A stretch of DNA of 64,000 bases from contig OZ287748.1 of NCBI GenBank assembly GCA_965649765.1, positions 104,842,001 to 104,906,000 of the forward strand, in the 5' to 3' direction. This DNA is from Bispira polyomma. Its lineage: Eukaryota. The stretch's first letter is position 1, and each line of letters begins with the position of its first letter. A model generated the notes under the pieces. That model was not told the origin of the DNA. It saw only the letters and a list, made by a program, of their open reading frames with translations, and did not search any database. The position numbers were made by a program, and so were the translations under genes. This document shows positions 1 through 12,017 of this stretch, piece by piece.

Positions 1-534
1 AAATATTGGTCAACCTGAAAGTAAAATAAAAAAATATTGTCGACCTGTGAACCAATAAGTTACCCCCAAAAATTATCTGTTCACCCTATAACTTATTCTT
101 GATTTCTTCTTGGGGAAAATTAGCCATTTTTATTGTAATAATATACAGAAACCAGGGCTTTTTAATATGTGTGCAAAATTTGGGTTCCTTTGTTGTCAGA
201 TGTATGTAGTCAATAATAATTTTGATCGATCTAGCTACTGGTAAGGGCCAGTGTGTGGGGACACAGCAGACTTCAGGGAACATGTTGAGATTTCCGTTTT
301 CTGGTCGTTTCTATTTTTTTTGTAAACTTGGTCGCTAGAACTGATGTAAACAATTCTCGCGAAGATCGTTTGTAACTGTATAATTTACTAAAATTATAAT
401 ATTGGGCGATAGACGTGGTACGCATTAAATATATGGTGATAGATTTTTGATTGATTTTTAGCATACATACAGCGTTTCTATAAATATGGGCCATTTTTGC
501 AAGTCAGCAATGCTAGAAAGTAAATATGTGACTG

Positions 535-645
535 TATAGGTCAAACTTATGTCAGTGCGGCCTAGATTTTTAAAACTATTATAGTTTTTTTTTACAAAAA
601 AATGAAACAACTGCATTATCCCCAGAATTCAAAAAGGATACAGTT
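535..645 (+). repeat. Dispersed repeat family A, truncated copy 1
   Basis: TATAGGTCAAACTTATGTCAGTGCGGCCTAGATTTTTAAAAC...ACTGCATTATCCCCAGAATT...AAAAAGGATA is shared with copies at ~1183 and ~4118. Confidence 0.75.
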
Positions 646-810
646 ATAATAAGGGATGTGTTGGTATGCAAAATTTTTAGTACTTGTAGTACTGAGAAAA
701 ATAACCAAAAATGTTATTGCAAATAAATATAACAATTTATCCCTTTTATTTTAGTATACATTTTTCACTCAATCTGTTCTTAAGAACTCCACTTATATAT
801 CCCTTTAAAA

Positions 811-1031
811 CTGCGCTTCACAATCACTGGTCTCTCACCTCTGGGCGGCGTGAGTTTGAATCCTGTCGATGCCTATGTGGGAAAGGTGGTAGTTCCTTAC
901 TGTGGGCTGCTGGTTTCAGTGCAGAACCTTGACCAACTGTATGCAGTGTTTCCTCCAGCGTTTCCAACTACCCGTCCCAATATAACCTACTAAAAGGTAC
1001 TAGAGTGGACGTTAAATATCCAAATTCAAAA
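811..1031 (+). mobile_element. tRNA-derived SINE, 5'-truncated copy
   Basis: Near-identical to the full copies at 17635, 35231 and 56959 from TGCGCTTCACAATC onward. It has a B-box-like GAGTTTGAATCC and a CAAATTCAAA tail, but the A-box head is missing. Confidence 0.9.
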
Positions 1032-1182
1032 ACTCAAACACATTCATTCACTACAGCAAATCTACCCCCCCCCCCCCCCCCCTCTCTCACATACACCCAC
1101 TGCACACATGTCTTTTTCTACACACAAAGAATTATGTGTGGAAGAAGACAAGGCAAGGCTAGAAAGTGAAGAAGTCCTTTCT

Positions 1183-1410
1183 ATGTCAAAGGTTATGTCA
1201 GTGAGGCCTAGATTTTTAAAACAGTTAATATAGTTTTTTTAAAAAAAAAAAAAAACCAAATTGACTGCATTATCCCCAAAATTAAAAAAAGGGTTCATGG
1301 TGAGTATGAAGTTGAATTTTCGGGCCAATTCCATGAAAATGCTGTTCCCACACAGATTCTGGCCAATTGCATTAACGAGTGCGCACCTCTAGCTGCTCAC
1401 TCGTTAAAAA
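1183..1410 (+). repeat. Dispersed repeat family A, copy 2, ending in a hairpin plus A-run (possible non-autonomous Helitron/Helentron-like element)
   Basis: Colinear with 4118-4338. Its 3' end is AACGAGTGCGCA-cctctagc-TGCTCACTCGTT followed by AAAAA. The class assignment is inference. Confidence 0.65.
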
Positions 1411-4117
1411 TGAAAGCTTGATCTTTGCAGAATTTGTCAGTATTTGTAAAAATAAAATTGATACTTATCTCTCAGCAAACCTGAGTAGCCCTGAGAGCTG
1501 TCAAATTTAAGTAAACCAAAAGCCCTAGAGAATTTAATTGATATGATAAATCAATATTGAATTTTATGCAAATAAAAAGTATTTATACGGTATATTACAT
1601 ATAATATTAGATTATTTGGTCACTAATAAGGAGAGTAATAAACAAGATTGATACTTTTGAACTTCAGATATTGTCATGAAAATATATTATAATATCATTG
1701 TCATGAAATTATTTAGGTTTACCTAATTTACCTAAAATTATTCCATTTTCACTCATATACACATGGCTTGTCATTTCCGTTGACGATAATGTCTATTGTT
1801 TACAAACAAGAGAAGTGGGCAATAAACAAATACTTTACCCAAAAATATTGTTTTTTTACAAGAAATAACTTCAAACAAATAATACCATAATATATCCTCA
1901 GCTCTTGTCAATTAATTACCGGGGTAATGTATCAATTTTATAATTCATTATTTATTTGTATCGGCTCTGAATAGTCGTCAAATATTTTAACATGTAGTTT
2001 ATCCTACATTTTACCGACTGAAAAGAAGGTATAACTTGAAATAAGTAAAATAATGGTCATATATATATATAGATGTTTTATCATTTAGTTGTGGCAATTT
2101 TTCATTTATGGGCTGTTTCTGATGCATGTGACAAAACATGAAGCTATTTTAGTTAAAATTTTATGTTGGAACAATGTCTGAATTTGTTTTCTGTTTAGTT
2201 TATGTTTCATCAATAAAAAAGTGATATTAGGGAGAAACAATGTGGTTGTTTGATAAATTTTGCTTTTTTAATATTTTAAGCGCTTATTTGTTTACTTTAA
2301 TTTGGGGACAGTGGTTGTCACTATTCAGATCTCATTAGAATAGCCGGCCAGTCGAGACTGCCCAATCTCTGACGAAATAATTTGCTCTCGTATGCACCCT
2401 ATGTTACAGTTTAGTTTAAGCTGTATAAATGCCTAATGGGATTAACTATGTAAGCTGGCTTGTCAACAATCGGTGATTTGTCAATTTAAAAACAATTCAA
2501 ATACCGACCATATAAAATTCATGATCGGTCTAGACTGAAAAATCTGTCCACGGTATGAGTAAACATAGACCGAATAATCTGTCTCTATTTAGCAAAATTT
2601 CTTGATGTTATTTTGACGGCTGAATTACAAAAAGGGACAGAATGGAGACTGCTACCAAAACGTTGTAAATTTAGCCCGATGTAAAATGGCAGACAGAGGT
2701 GTGGTTTTTATCTTGTATTACTTGTCGGCATGAAATAACAGAAATTCACCTACTATATCATATATAAGGAAGAAGGATACAGGATAAAATACCTGGCATG
2801 CAGCATTTTGGCTTAATTCCGGGAATTGCTAAAGTAATTTTCTAGTCAAATAAGATATTTAAGAGTAAAAATGGGTAGCCATTTTTATATTTTTTTATTT
2901 ACTTTATCACTTTTACAGGTGTCGCCGTGTAGTGAGTAACTAGAGAACATGTGTACATATAAATGCTGCGTTTGATAAATAAATATTACCTTATATGCAT
3001 AGGTTTCCCGAAATTTCATCAACAGACTTAAAAAAACAAAACAAGGTCTGCTGTTAATTAATCTATTAAAGTGATGAAATTGACTGAAATATTAACTTAC
3101 AAAAAGTTATTTATACACATAAAGTTGAACAAGGAACCACATACTCATTTTGCTAAGAGTAAAGCACACATTATCGGTATACTGCTGACTATTTTGCTAT
3201 GGACATGCGTGAGGAGCCCAATTTTTGGGCCGCATAATCGAGTTTGAGATTTTATCATGAAACATTGAAAAAGAAACAAAAACTCACAAGTAAAAATATA
3301 AAATAAGGATTAATTTGATTCAAATCTACCATTTAAGACCATTTTCGACTTGTGGCCGAACTATAACCACAAGCAGCGGTAGGCAATCATTTCCAAATCC
3401 AATTTTAATATTTTTGTTTTCTTGTCAGTTATTATAGCTTTACAGTCGAAACGTTTGATAAAAAACGGGTCGAATGTCTGGTAGGTTAAGACGTCTGGTA
3501 TTCCTTCAAGAATAAACAAGAGGAAAATGACCTGGCAACCATATCATGAGAATCACACTATAAAGCAAGTTACTTTTTCGTTGTAAAAGTCGCGGTAAGA
3601 GTATATAAATAGAAACTATACCTTTGCAAACAGCATTTTATAAAATCCTAACAACAATAAAGGTTGTGGCTTCACATTTCGCTATTTTACCTTATAAATA
3701 TAAGCATGGACCACGTTTTGTTTACTGGTATCGAAATGACCTTCAGATGTCTCGGAGACTTTTGGGAATGAAAAAAAGAGTACAGAGTAAGGGCACATGA
3801 TCTTCCGAAACATGAGCAATGTGGTCGAAGTTAACCAGGAAGAAACAGCTTTCAGAGACTGTTATTTTATTTATTTTGAAACAATATATTAAAATGTGTA
3901 CATCTCGGTGAGTATAGGACGGAATTTAATATTGTAAAAAGTTTCAGAAAGTTTATCAATTACTTTTTATGGACACATAAATCTTTAAATTGTAGCTTTA
4001 CTGGTAACTTCATTGATTTACGGAAACAGAAACGTGAGTTAATAAGACCCCTAGGTAAGCGGAGTCGTGGCTGATGACTGTGTATATGCCTACATGGAAG
4101 AAAAACTTTGTGAATAT

Positions 4118-4338
4118 ATAGGTCAGCTTTATGTCAATGCAAGCTACATTTTTAAAACTAATAGATATTTATTAAGAAAACGAATCGACTGCATTAATTA
4201 TCCCCAGAATTAAAAAGGATACCTAGTAAGTTTGAAGTTGAATTTTCGGACTGATTTCACGAAAATGCTGTCACAACACAAAATCTGAGTTAGACCATCA
4301 ACGAGTAAGCTAGCCTTATTGCTTACTCACTAAAAACT
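4118..4338 (+). repeat. Dispersed repeat family A, copy 3
   Basis: Same blocks as 1183-1410 (GAAGTTGAATTTTCGG, AAAATGCTGT, ACGAGT...CTCAC, terminal AAAAA). Confidence 0.7.
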
Positions 4339-4580
4339 AATTTCAGCTTCCCAAAATCAATTAATTATTTATTTCTCGGCACCTAGACTGAGTCTTCCGC
4401 CACCAATCACAAAGCAGTGATATAAATAAAGTAAGTAATGAATTCTTACATTACTAATCTTCTGCGGACTTAATAACATTTCTCGCGGACTTAATAATAT
4501 TTTCAGCAAACTAAATAACAAATTACTACAAAAAATATAAATAATAATACTGCCCACTATTTTCTTCTCTAAGTCTATTT

Positions 4581-4709
4581 ATTACACAGGTGGCGCTGGC
4601 TTCGGCCTACCCTTGGCCTCGGCCACCCAGTAAAATCAACACAAAGTAAATGTAAACATCGAAGTGGCCGAGGCCAAGGGTAGGCCGAAGCCAGCGCCAC
4701 CGGTGTAAT
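4581..4709. repeat. GC-rich inverted repeat (46-bp arms, 1 mismatch, 37-bp loop), MITE-like
   Basis: ATTACACAGGTGGCGCTGGCTTCGGCCTACCCTTGGCCTCGGCCAC (4581-4626) and its reverse complement (4664-4709). Confidence 0.9.
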
Positions 4710-5055
4710 TAATTACTTCTCGGCATATATCATTTCCATTGTATATCAGGAAATTTATCCCTGCATCCAACCACTACAAAAAGTTTTTGCTACATGTCGG
4801 GAATTTTATCTATTTATGTTACCACTGTGGTAAGCATATTTATTTATTTCAACCAGATTCTATGTCCAAATATGCCGATTTTAACTTACAATTTTTTTTC
4901 ATTGAAACTAGCTCTGTCCGGACAAATCTCTGTCTTAATCTCGGCTATTCATCAGTTATAAAAGCCGCCATTGGTGACAGAATACTTGGTCTAGAGTAAA
5001 CACAGATTGGTTTAGTTCCCAAACAACCGTCACAAATATGAAAGAAATATTTTTA

Positions 5056-5291
5056 CTGCTTGTGGTCATAACTCGGCCGCCTGTTATAAATCGGCCACCA
5101 TAGAATAAATGTGTCACAACTTCAAATTAAGTACATTTATTGGCTAAACAATACTTTACTTCCTTGAATATTAGTATTGTAATTGTTTTACTTGAATCCT
5201 ATGGTCTATTTTGTACCTAGATTAATAATAATTACAATTTAAAATGTGACGGCCGATTTACAACTGGCGGCCGAATTATAACCAGAGGCAG
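5056..5291. mobile_element. Tc1/mariner(pogo/Tigger)-type MITE
   Basis: 41-bp TIRs with 6 mismatches (CTGCTTGTGGTCATAACTCGGCCGCC... / ...GGCGGCCGAATTATAACCAGAGGCAG), flanked by TA on both sides (5054-5055, 5292-5293). No ORF. Confidence 0.8.
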
Positions 5292-5696
5292 TAAGTTGAA
5301 TTGTATCTTTAACAAACTTTTGAATCAATGCATGCCTTGATAAATCTGATGAAACCACATATAGCAAATTTCAAAGATCGTCTCCATGCCGTAGAACTGA
5401 TGACACAGGTAACATCGGGGTGTCTAATTAATTTAAAAAGTATAAATAATATTTGCCTTTACTAATATGTGCAGACAATAGTCAATAGTATCAATTGGCG
5501 ACACCAAAATTGGTCAAAACACATTTTGAGATCTTCAGAAAAACATGTTGCACGTCATCGGTCATATTTCTTTACTGATACACCCTTTGAACTTTCTTGG
5601 TTTGGCGTGTATCCGAGCACAGGAATGTAATTATTGGAAAAGAATATGTAAAATTATAGGGCATATCTAACGTGAAACTGTTAAAATTATACAAAC

Positions 5697-5728
5697 CATC
5701 CCAGCCTCTTTAACTCGACGTCCGCCAT
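5697..5728 (-). CDS. Probable first coding exon of an unidentified host gene (MADVELKRLG+2 nt)
   Basis: Strong start context AACATGGCGG and an open frame to a GT donor (GTTTGT, 5696-5691). CpG-containing, with an ETS-like site just upstream. No downstream exon was identified. Confidence 0.4.
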
Positions 5729-5775
5729 GTTGTTCTGGCTTGTCAAGGATCATATTATTGTGCGGAAGTGTGCAC
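5720..5775 (-). promoter_or_regulatory. Housekeeping-type promoter motifs: YY1-like (CCGCCATGTT) and ETS-like (CGGAAGTG)
   Basis: CCGCCATGTT at 5722-5731 and CGGAAGTG at 5763-5770, in a locally CpG-enriched patch. Confidence 0.35.
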
Positions 5776-7289
5776 AATCGAGTTCCCGAAATCCGAATAT
5801 ACATTTCCAAAACATGTTTATGGTTAGAGTGGTTTCAATATGCATATAATTAGTCAGACCAAAGTAATATATCTGCTTATTTAGCATTCATGAAACACTA
5901 AGAAATTTTTAATCTGGTAACTTAATTTTTCAATGACAAATAACAATTGAAAAGATAAATAAGAACAATCTAAAACATGTACACAGGGACATATATAGTT
6001 ATAAAGGTGATATTATCTAGTTTACTTAGGAAAATTGTCAAACAATTTAAAATGATAAATTTTACCCTGTCTAAGAGTTCAATGTGTTTTTAAAACAATG
6101 GAGATTTGAAGCCGTTACAAGCCTTTTGAAAGACAAATGTAGGTATAGACTTTGGTTTAATAGTAACTTGGTATAGACTTCGGTTTAATAGTAACTTGGA
6201 TCCTGACAGATTCAGATGCATTTGAAGAAAAAAATAATCCCTTACAAGAAGTTAATTTAGATATGATTTTGACTTTTGGTTTTGCCTGACAAATAATATT
6301 TATTAATATATGCTGTAATTACCTTTGATCTAAAGCCCCAGTCCCCCCAGCTTTCACTTAAGCAGTCATTAGGAAATTGGTTTTGCATAAGGTTTGTGTG
6401 GTAATCGCGTAAGCTAACGTTACACACAGAAGGAAGGAAGCTTAAATTTATTTATTCATTTTTTTTTTTTTCAATTTGTTTTTTCTTTCTTGTCATTAAA
6501 TTGGTATGCCTAGGCATACAGGCGTTAATGGTAGCTATGCCCCTGCATTGCCATGCAAAGGCATGCCCAACATGTAAACATATGTACTGCCACGTTAAAG
6601 CCATTTTTTCACTGCAAAGCCTTTACCCTAAACTCCCACGTTAAAGCTGCCTTTGATGTACGTTTGAACTCGCAAAGACACGTCAACTGTTGCATCATGT
6701 TGCAGTTTTCCACGTTAACAGTCGCAATTCTATGTTTTCCCACGCAGCTGTACGTTTAACACATAAAGACTCCTAAGGATACACAAGTTCTTGTAAGCCT
6801 ATGTTTAATGCTGCAAAACTACACGCTTGAAGACGCAAGTTTTCACAAATGTTACTTAATTGGACGCAAGCTCCCATTGGCCCACATTACATCTCGCATG
6901 TGATGAGGCACAATTCTCCATATGTATTGTGTGCCAAGCCAGGCAGTGTGGTGTAGATATAGCAGTTGAGAAGTGTGGAAGAAGAGTTTTTGGATTTATG
7001 GGATTTTTTAATGGTGTGTTTTTAATTTATGTTCTATTATTTGTGGATTTACTCTTTGGATTTGTGATACTTTATAATGGTTAGAAGGAGGAATGCAAAG
7101 AAATGTCTGCCTGTTGAGGCCGTTGTTCAGCATGTTGAGGCCAAGACTAGTGAGACTGAGACTGTTGAGACTGAGACTGTTAAGACTGTTGGGGTGTCCG
7201 TTAATGTGGTAGGTGTGGCTGGTAATGAATCACCACTATCTTCAGATGGCCACAGTTCGGACAGTGGGAAGCACAGGCATAAGCACTGC

Positions 7290-7435
7290 CACTATTTTTG
7301 ATCATCCCCCTACTATTTTTGATCATCTGCCCACTATTTTTGATTTTCGATTAATGTTTTGGGTTTGTTGCGCCTTAGAATTTATTATACAAAGATTAAG
7401 CGCTATAAAAGTACGACTAGATTAGATTAGATTAG
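7290..7435 (+). mobile_element. 5'-truncated LINE 3' end (146 bp) with (ATTAG)n tail
   Basis: 9-bp TSD AAGCACTGC (7281-7289, 7436-7444). The 3' sequence CAAAGATTAAGCGCTATAAAAGTACGACTAGATTAG matches the 3' UTR of the minus-strand LINE ending at ~43925. Confidence 0.85.
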
Positions 7436-7952
7436 AAGCACTGCAAAAAGGATAAAAAAGCAAGTGTTAAGTTGACTCGTGATCAGATGACGATGACATC
7501 GAGTGGGTGAAACTACAGAGGGTTCTGTGGGACAAGGATGCACATGAGTATAGCCTGGCCAAATGGGAGAAGCTGTGGATTTGGAACTAGAAAGCAAAGG
7601 AAATCGACCTGACAGGTACTGTGATTTTTAATTAATGTTTTCAATTTAGTAATTTTTATGTGAACAATGATATGTAATGGTTTTGCTGTACTGGTAACTG
7701 ATGAGCCCTGTTATCCAAACATTTTGGGTAATCAATACAAGTGTTGTTTACTTTGTTTGTTTTACGTTGTTTACAGGTGATCAGCTCCACCAGTCGTGGA
7801 CAAAGATCCGTAACACGTACGCCCAACACACGGAGCTGCTACCGTCAGGTGCTAGATACCGCAAGCCCACAAAGTGTGTAGAGTGAATATTGCAGCGATG
7901 TACATTCTTGTCTGGACAGATTTCCAGATTGGAAAGGAGAAAGAACACCTAC

Positions 7953-8107
7953 TTAGTTTAGTCTTGGTAGGTGGAACACGAAAATCCCGCCCTCCCAGTA
8001 CTTCCCTGTATAATGTTCTTTATCCCAGGGCCGGGAACGGTGTGATGTAATAACCTCTCTTTTTCTTAAGTTTTCTTAGTGTAAGGCCGCCATGGCTCTG
8101 GGCTTAA
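7953..8107 (+). repeat. Dispersed repeat family B, copy 1
   Basis: Reverse complement of 17306-17497 (GGTGGAACAC.AAAATCCCGCCCTCCCAGTACTT...TTTTCTTAGTGTAAGGCC), with an internal deletion of ~40 bp. Confidence 0.85.
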
Positions 8108-10352
8108 TCCAAGTTTGTGTTTGATTTTTCTTATAATTATTAAGCCAATTAAAGATAACATATAAGAAAAAGTACATGCAATAATGTACTTTAAACTGTT
8201 TTGCAAATGTCCATGGCATGTATATTTATGACGAGGTTGTAAAATATAGTTTTGAAATACAAGAAGGAATTGTTCTCTTGTTGGGACTTTTTTGTTGCAT
8301 GTGCAGCAGGACCTTGGTTATCCAACAATATTGGGGGAGATATTGTTTGTTTGCATTACAGAAAGATCACTCCATTTTCATTGATCATGCTGAAGGTTAA
8401 CATAATTAATTTATAAAGGTTGCAACTGGGATGCAATTAGGATGCAACCCCAGGATGAAATGCAGGAGAAATATGCTCATTATATATTTCAGATTTTAAA
8501 CGCCAGGCTGAAATGCTGCAAAAATCTCTTTATAAATTTAATTTTCCTTGTTTTAAATGTCTTTGTATTTGTTTTTATAATTACAGCTCAAGCACAACAG
8601 AGACCCTGGAACCTCCGGCCCAACAGAAGCAGAGGTCCAGGACAAGCAACCAACATTAGACCAAGAGACTGAGGCTGATGAGTTACTCAAGAAAACTCCC
8701 AAAGGTCCGACTCAAACTCTAACTCCAACAAAAACTACAACCCTGAAGAGGCCAACGCGTGGGAAAGATGCAGGTGATCAGCAGCATAGAAAAGATCCTA
8801 TGGAACAGGCAAACCAGACATTGCTCCTGCAGGAAATGATGTATGACACCTTGCCTCAACAGCAAGGTCTTTCTGCTCACCCCAGGCTACAGTTTGGGGT
8901 GATGGTCGGCAACAGCTGTCGGCAATTGGATGACAGATCGTTCAGGCAGTACAGTGTAGAGGTGTTGCAACTCCTGGACAAACATGTGTAAGTAAATTTA
9001 TATATTTCTTATGTAAAATGCAGTAGAACTTCCATTATCCGAATATTTAATTTAACTGAGTCAAGACCGTGATCCCATTCATTGTTTATCCCAACATGTG
9101 CCATTTATTGACATTTCCAGTATCAGAACCAACAAATTATTTCCCAAATATGGTCGGACAATCAAGGTTGTACTGCATACATATGTAAATACCAATTAAA
9201 TTTAAATGAAATTTTAATTGAACTTTTAATGCAGGTTTGTGTTTTTCTGCTAAAAATATATTGATTAGTGAGGAGGTTTGCCAAGCTAATGTAATGTTGA
9301 GCTGTAGATGCAGGTATCAAAATGCAATAAATTTGGATATGTCTTATGCCTTGTGTCTGTAGTTGTCGTGGTAAGTTGAGTTTTAGAACCTGTAAAAATA
9401 AAGGTTGAAATTGTAATGAGATTGTAATGGTTGAAGAAGTTAACATGCTATTTTAATTAAGAGCAGTATGAGCGCTATAGAAGTCTAATTACAATTACAA
9501 TATGTTTCCACCTATCCAATGTGCCTCCAGCTTTTTCACCTCAATCAAAGGGGTATGGATTTTGTATTTCACAGGAACAAAGCCGCATCACAGAGACCTG
9601 TGAAATCAACACAGACAGCTACATCTTTAACGCTGACCAGGTCCCCCTCCCTGGAACAAGACAACTGGGGAATGGACTTTACCCTGCTGTCACAGATAGA
9701 CACCTTTCACAATCTCTCACTGCCATCACCAAATTCCTTTTGCACACCGAAATCGGGAGATAAGGCACACTCGACAGGTTTTGGTGGACCTATACTTCCG
9801 ATCACGGTTGCTGAAACCCAGGTGTTAACGAGGGCAACTTGTACAGAGCTGTTGTCATCACAGGTTGGTTTTGGGTCCACCATAGACAGCCACATCCTGT
9901 CGGTGGCACCCATTGTAATGGTGTACGAAGACACTGTTGTGTAGGAGATAGCTGACACAGACTGTTATTTTTAACAAGCATTGATTAAACTTTTAATATA
10001 TAAGAAAAAGTTGAATATATTTTGTTTTTTTAATTTGTTTTAAGTATTTTTTGATGTATTCAAATTTGACCTTGCACCTCTTGGTTAAGGTCAAGTTGGG
10101 ATTGTGAAACTTAAAATTGCCTATACCTTGCTCATTAGTGGCCCTACATGTTTGGAATATGAAACCAAGGTGTAGCTGATCAAGACCTGTGTCCTTTGAA
10201 TGTTTTAATATATTCACATTTGACCAAGGTCAAACTGGCTTGTCAAAGTTTAAATGTTCCATGTCAGACTTAATTTTGGTCCAAAATCTTTGAAATATCA
10301 AAGCCACTTGTTCCATTTAGAGGTACCTAATGGAAATTATGCGGTCGTGGGT

Positions 10353-10845
10353 TCAGTTCTTAATGCCTGCCTTCAGTGGAGTAATTAAAAACAAATTTGG
10401 AGATTTGAAATCATTCAAAAACAAATATATAATATTATGAAAGTTCCATCTGTTGGCAAAAAGAGTAGCCACATCACGCCAACCACCCTCTGTACCAGGG
10501 GTGGTGATAACTTCAGCCAGGTACTCTTCTTCAATAGCCTGACATACCTGTTTAATGACTTTAGATATGGTATTATGTCCCATCCAGAAACCATACATCA
10601 GACTGTGATAGCTTTGTCCAGATACCAGATATCTCATGGTAAAAGCCAACATCAACCCAACATCAAGTGCTCGTCTGTGGTTATTATAGTTGTTTGTCTG
10701 ACGGCGGAGTTTGCCTTCTAGTCTGTTCCCTGAAAAACTGTAGGTCACAACGAATAAAGTTTTGTAACTAGCTGGATCTTCTGCCTCGAGTTCAGCCATT
10801 AGGTTTTCATAGTAACCAAATTGTCTTTATCTTAGACATCAGAAG
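10353..10845 (-). pseudogene. Harbinger (HARBI1-like) transposase, N-terminal fragment
   Basis: LMAELEAEDPASYK...LAFTMRYLVSGQSYHSLMYGFWMGHNTISKVIKQVCQAI...WRDVATLFANRWNF, truncated before the first catalytic D. Confidence 0.85.
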
Positions 10846-10899
10846 TACACCAGAAGTTTGATCAGATTGAGTCACATTGCTTTGATGATACAATAGAAT

Positions 10900-11235
10900 T
10901 TATCGCGTTTTACAGTACATTGGAACCTTTGCAGGGATGATTTTAAGAGCCATGAGCAAGTGGGTCCTCACCCACAATCCAACATATTTCTTTTTGTAAA
11001 CAATGCTTATCGACAATTTTGCAAATTCAAAACGATTAAATTAAGTGTTCTCACAAGTATCAATAATATCCAGCACATTGACCATTCAACACATAGAAAA
11101 ATCTATATCTGTTGAAGATTGTTGCATTTGAATAAATCCCATTAACACAAATATCTACATACATTAACTTTGACCTCGAATCTACAAGAACAAATAAACA
11201 ATAAAAGCTTTTGTAATTGTAGTATAGGTCTAAGG
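10900..11235 (-). pseudogene. Harbinger transposase catalytic-region fragment
   Basis: YYNYKSFYCLFVLVDSRSKLMYVDICVNGIYSNATIFN resembles the DDE_Tnp_4 segment YYNYKG..SI.L.A.VD..Y.F..VD.G..G..SD..IF. Confidence 0.7.
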
Positions 11236-12017
11236 GGGTGGTGAAAGTTGCACAAGTTTCTAAACTCACTTTCCATCCCCGAGCATATATATACATAGTT
11301 GGACATTATATTACCTAACCCCAGGGTTAACAGTACTTGGATCCCTTTGTGGAGACGTCAGCATAAATCCTGGCCCCCCAGCATCCGTGCTCAAGATCAG
11401 TGCATTTAATGCCTGTTCCTTGCAGAATAAGACGCCTGCGGCTATCGACTTAGTCATAGCCCAGGACCTGGATATTGCTGCCTTCTCCGAGACGTGGCTC
11501 AGCAGTGAGGATACAACATCTTTTTTGTTGGATATTACTCCTCTGGGTTATAAATTTCTTCAGTTTCCCAGGTTGCACAAACCCGGGGGAGGAGTTGGCA
11601 TTTTTGTAAAAAAAAACCTTTCCTGTGAAATTCTAAAAAACCAGTCCCACTTTTGAACACATTTCATGCAAAATTTCAAATGGTTATCACTCATTCCTAT
11701 TTTCCTCTTTTTACAGACTACCCATCCCTTCTTTAACTACTTTTATTCAAGAGTTTTCCGAATTCCTAGAGACCCTTAACCTTCTCCTATTTAAAACTAT
11801 CATCCTTGGTGATTTCAACATCAAGGTCGACATAGAAAATACTATAACAAAAGATTTCAACAACCTCCTTGACACTTTTGGGTTCTCACATTTTATCTCC
11901 ACTTCAACCCACATCCACAATCACATTACTCGATCTGGTAATCGCAAGACCAAATTCAAATCTCATCAGAGAATCATGGGTAACTGATGGGATTTCAGAT
12001 CACCTAGCAACCTTTGC

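Larger units (their letters stand above)
7077..9950 (+). pseudogene. Harbinger Myb/SANT(MADF)-like DNA-binding gene, multi-exon, disrupted
   Basis: EWVKLQRVLWDKDAHEY...W..KAKE / phase-1 intron 7616-7776 / GDQLHQSWTKIRNTY...PSGA...ILQRCTFL. An open exon at 8587-8987 ends in BESS-like FGVMVGNSCRQLDDRSFRQYSVEVLQLL followed by GTAAGT. Contains stops, a frameshift and insertions. Confidence 0.7.
6540..10845. mobile_element. Decayed PIF/Harbinger transposon A (Myb/MADF gene + and transposase -, convergent)
   Basis: Canonical two-gene convergent layout with CACGTT(A)AA-type subterminal repeats at 6540-6900. TIRs were not resolved. Confidence 0.7.

Noticed and set aside
711-932. Small conserved ORF family (also 17666-17848, 35263-35445)
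   Set aside because: The similarity comes from SINE copies, not from a protein family.
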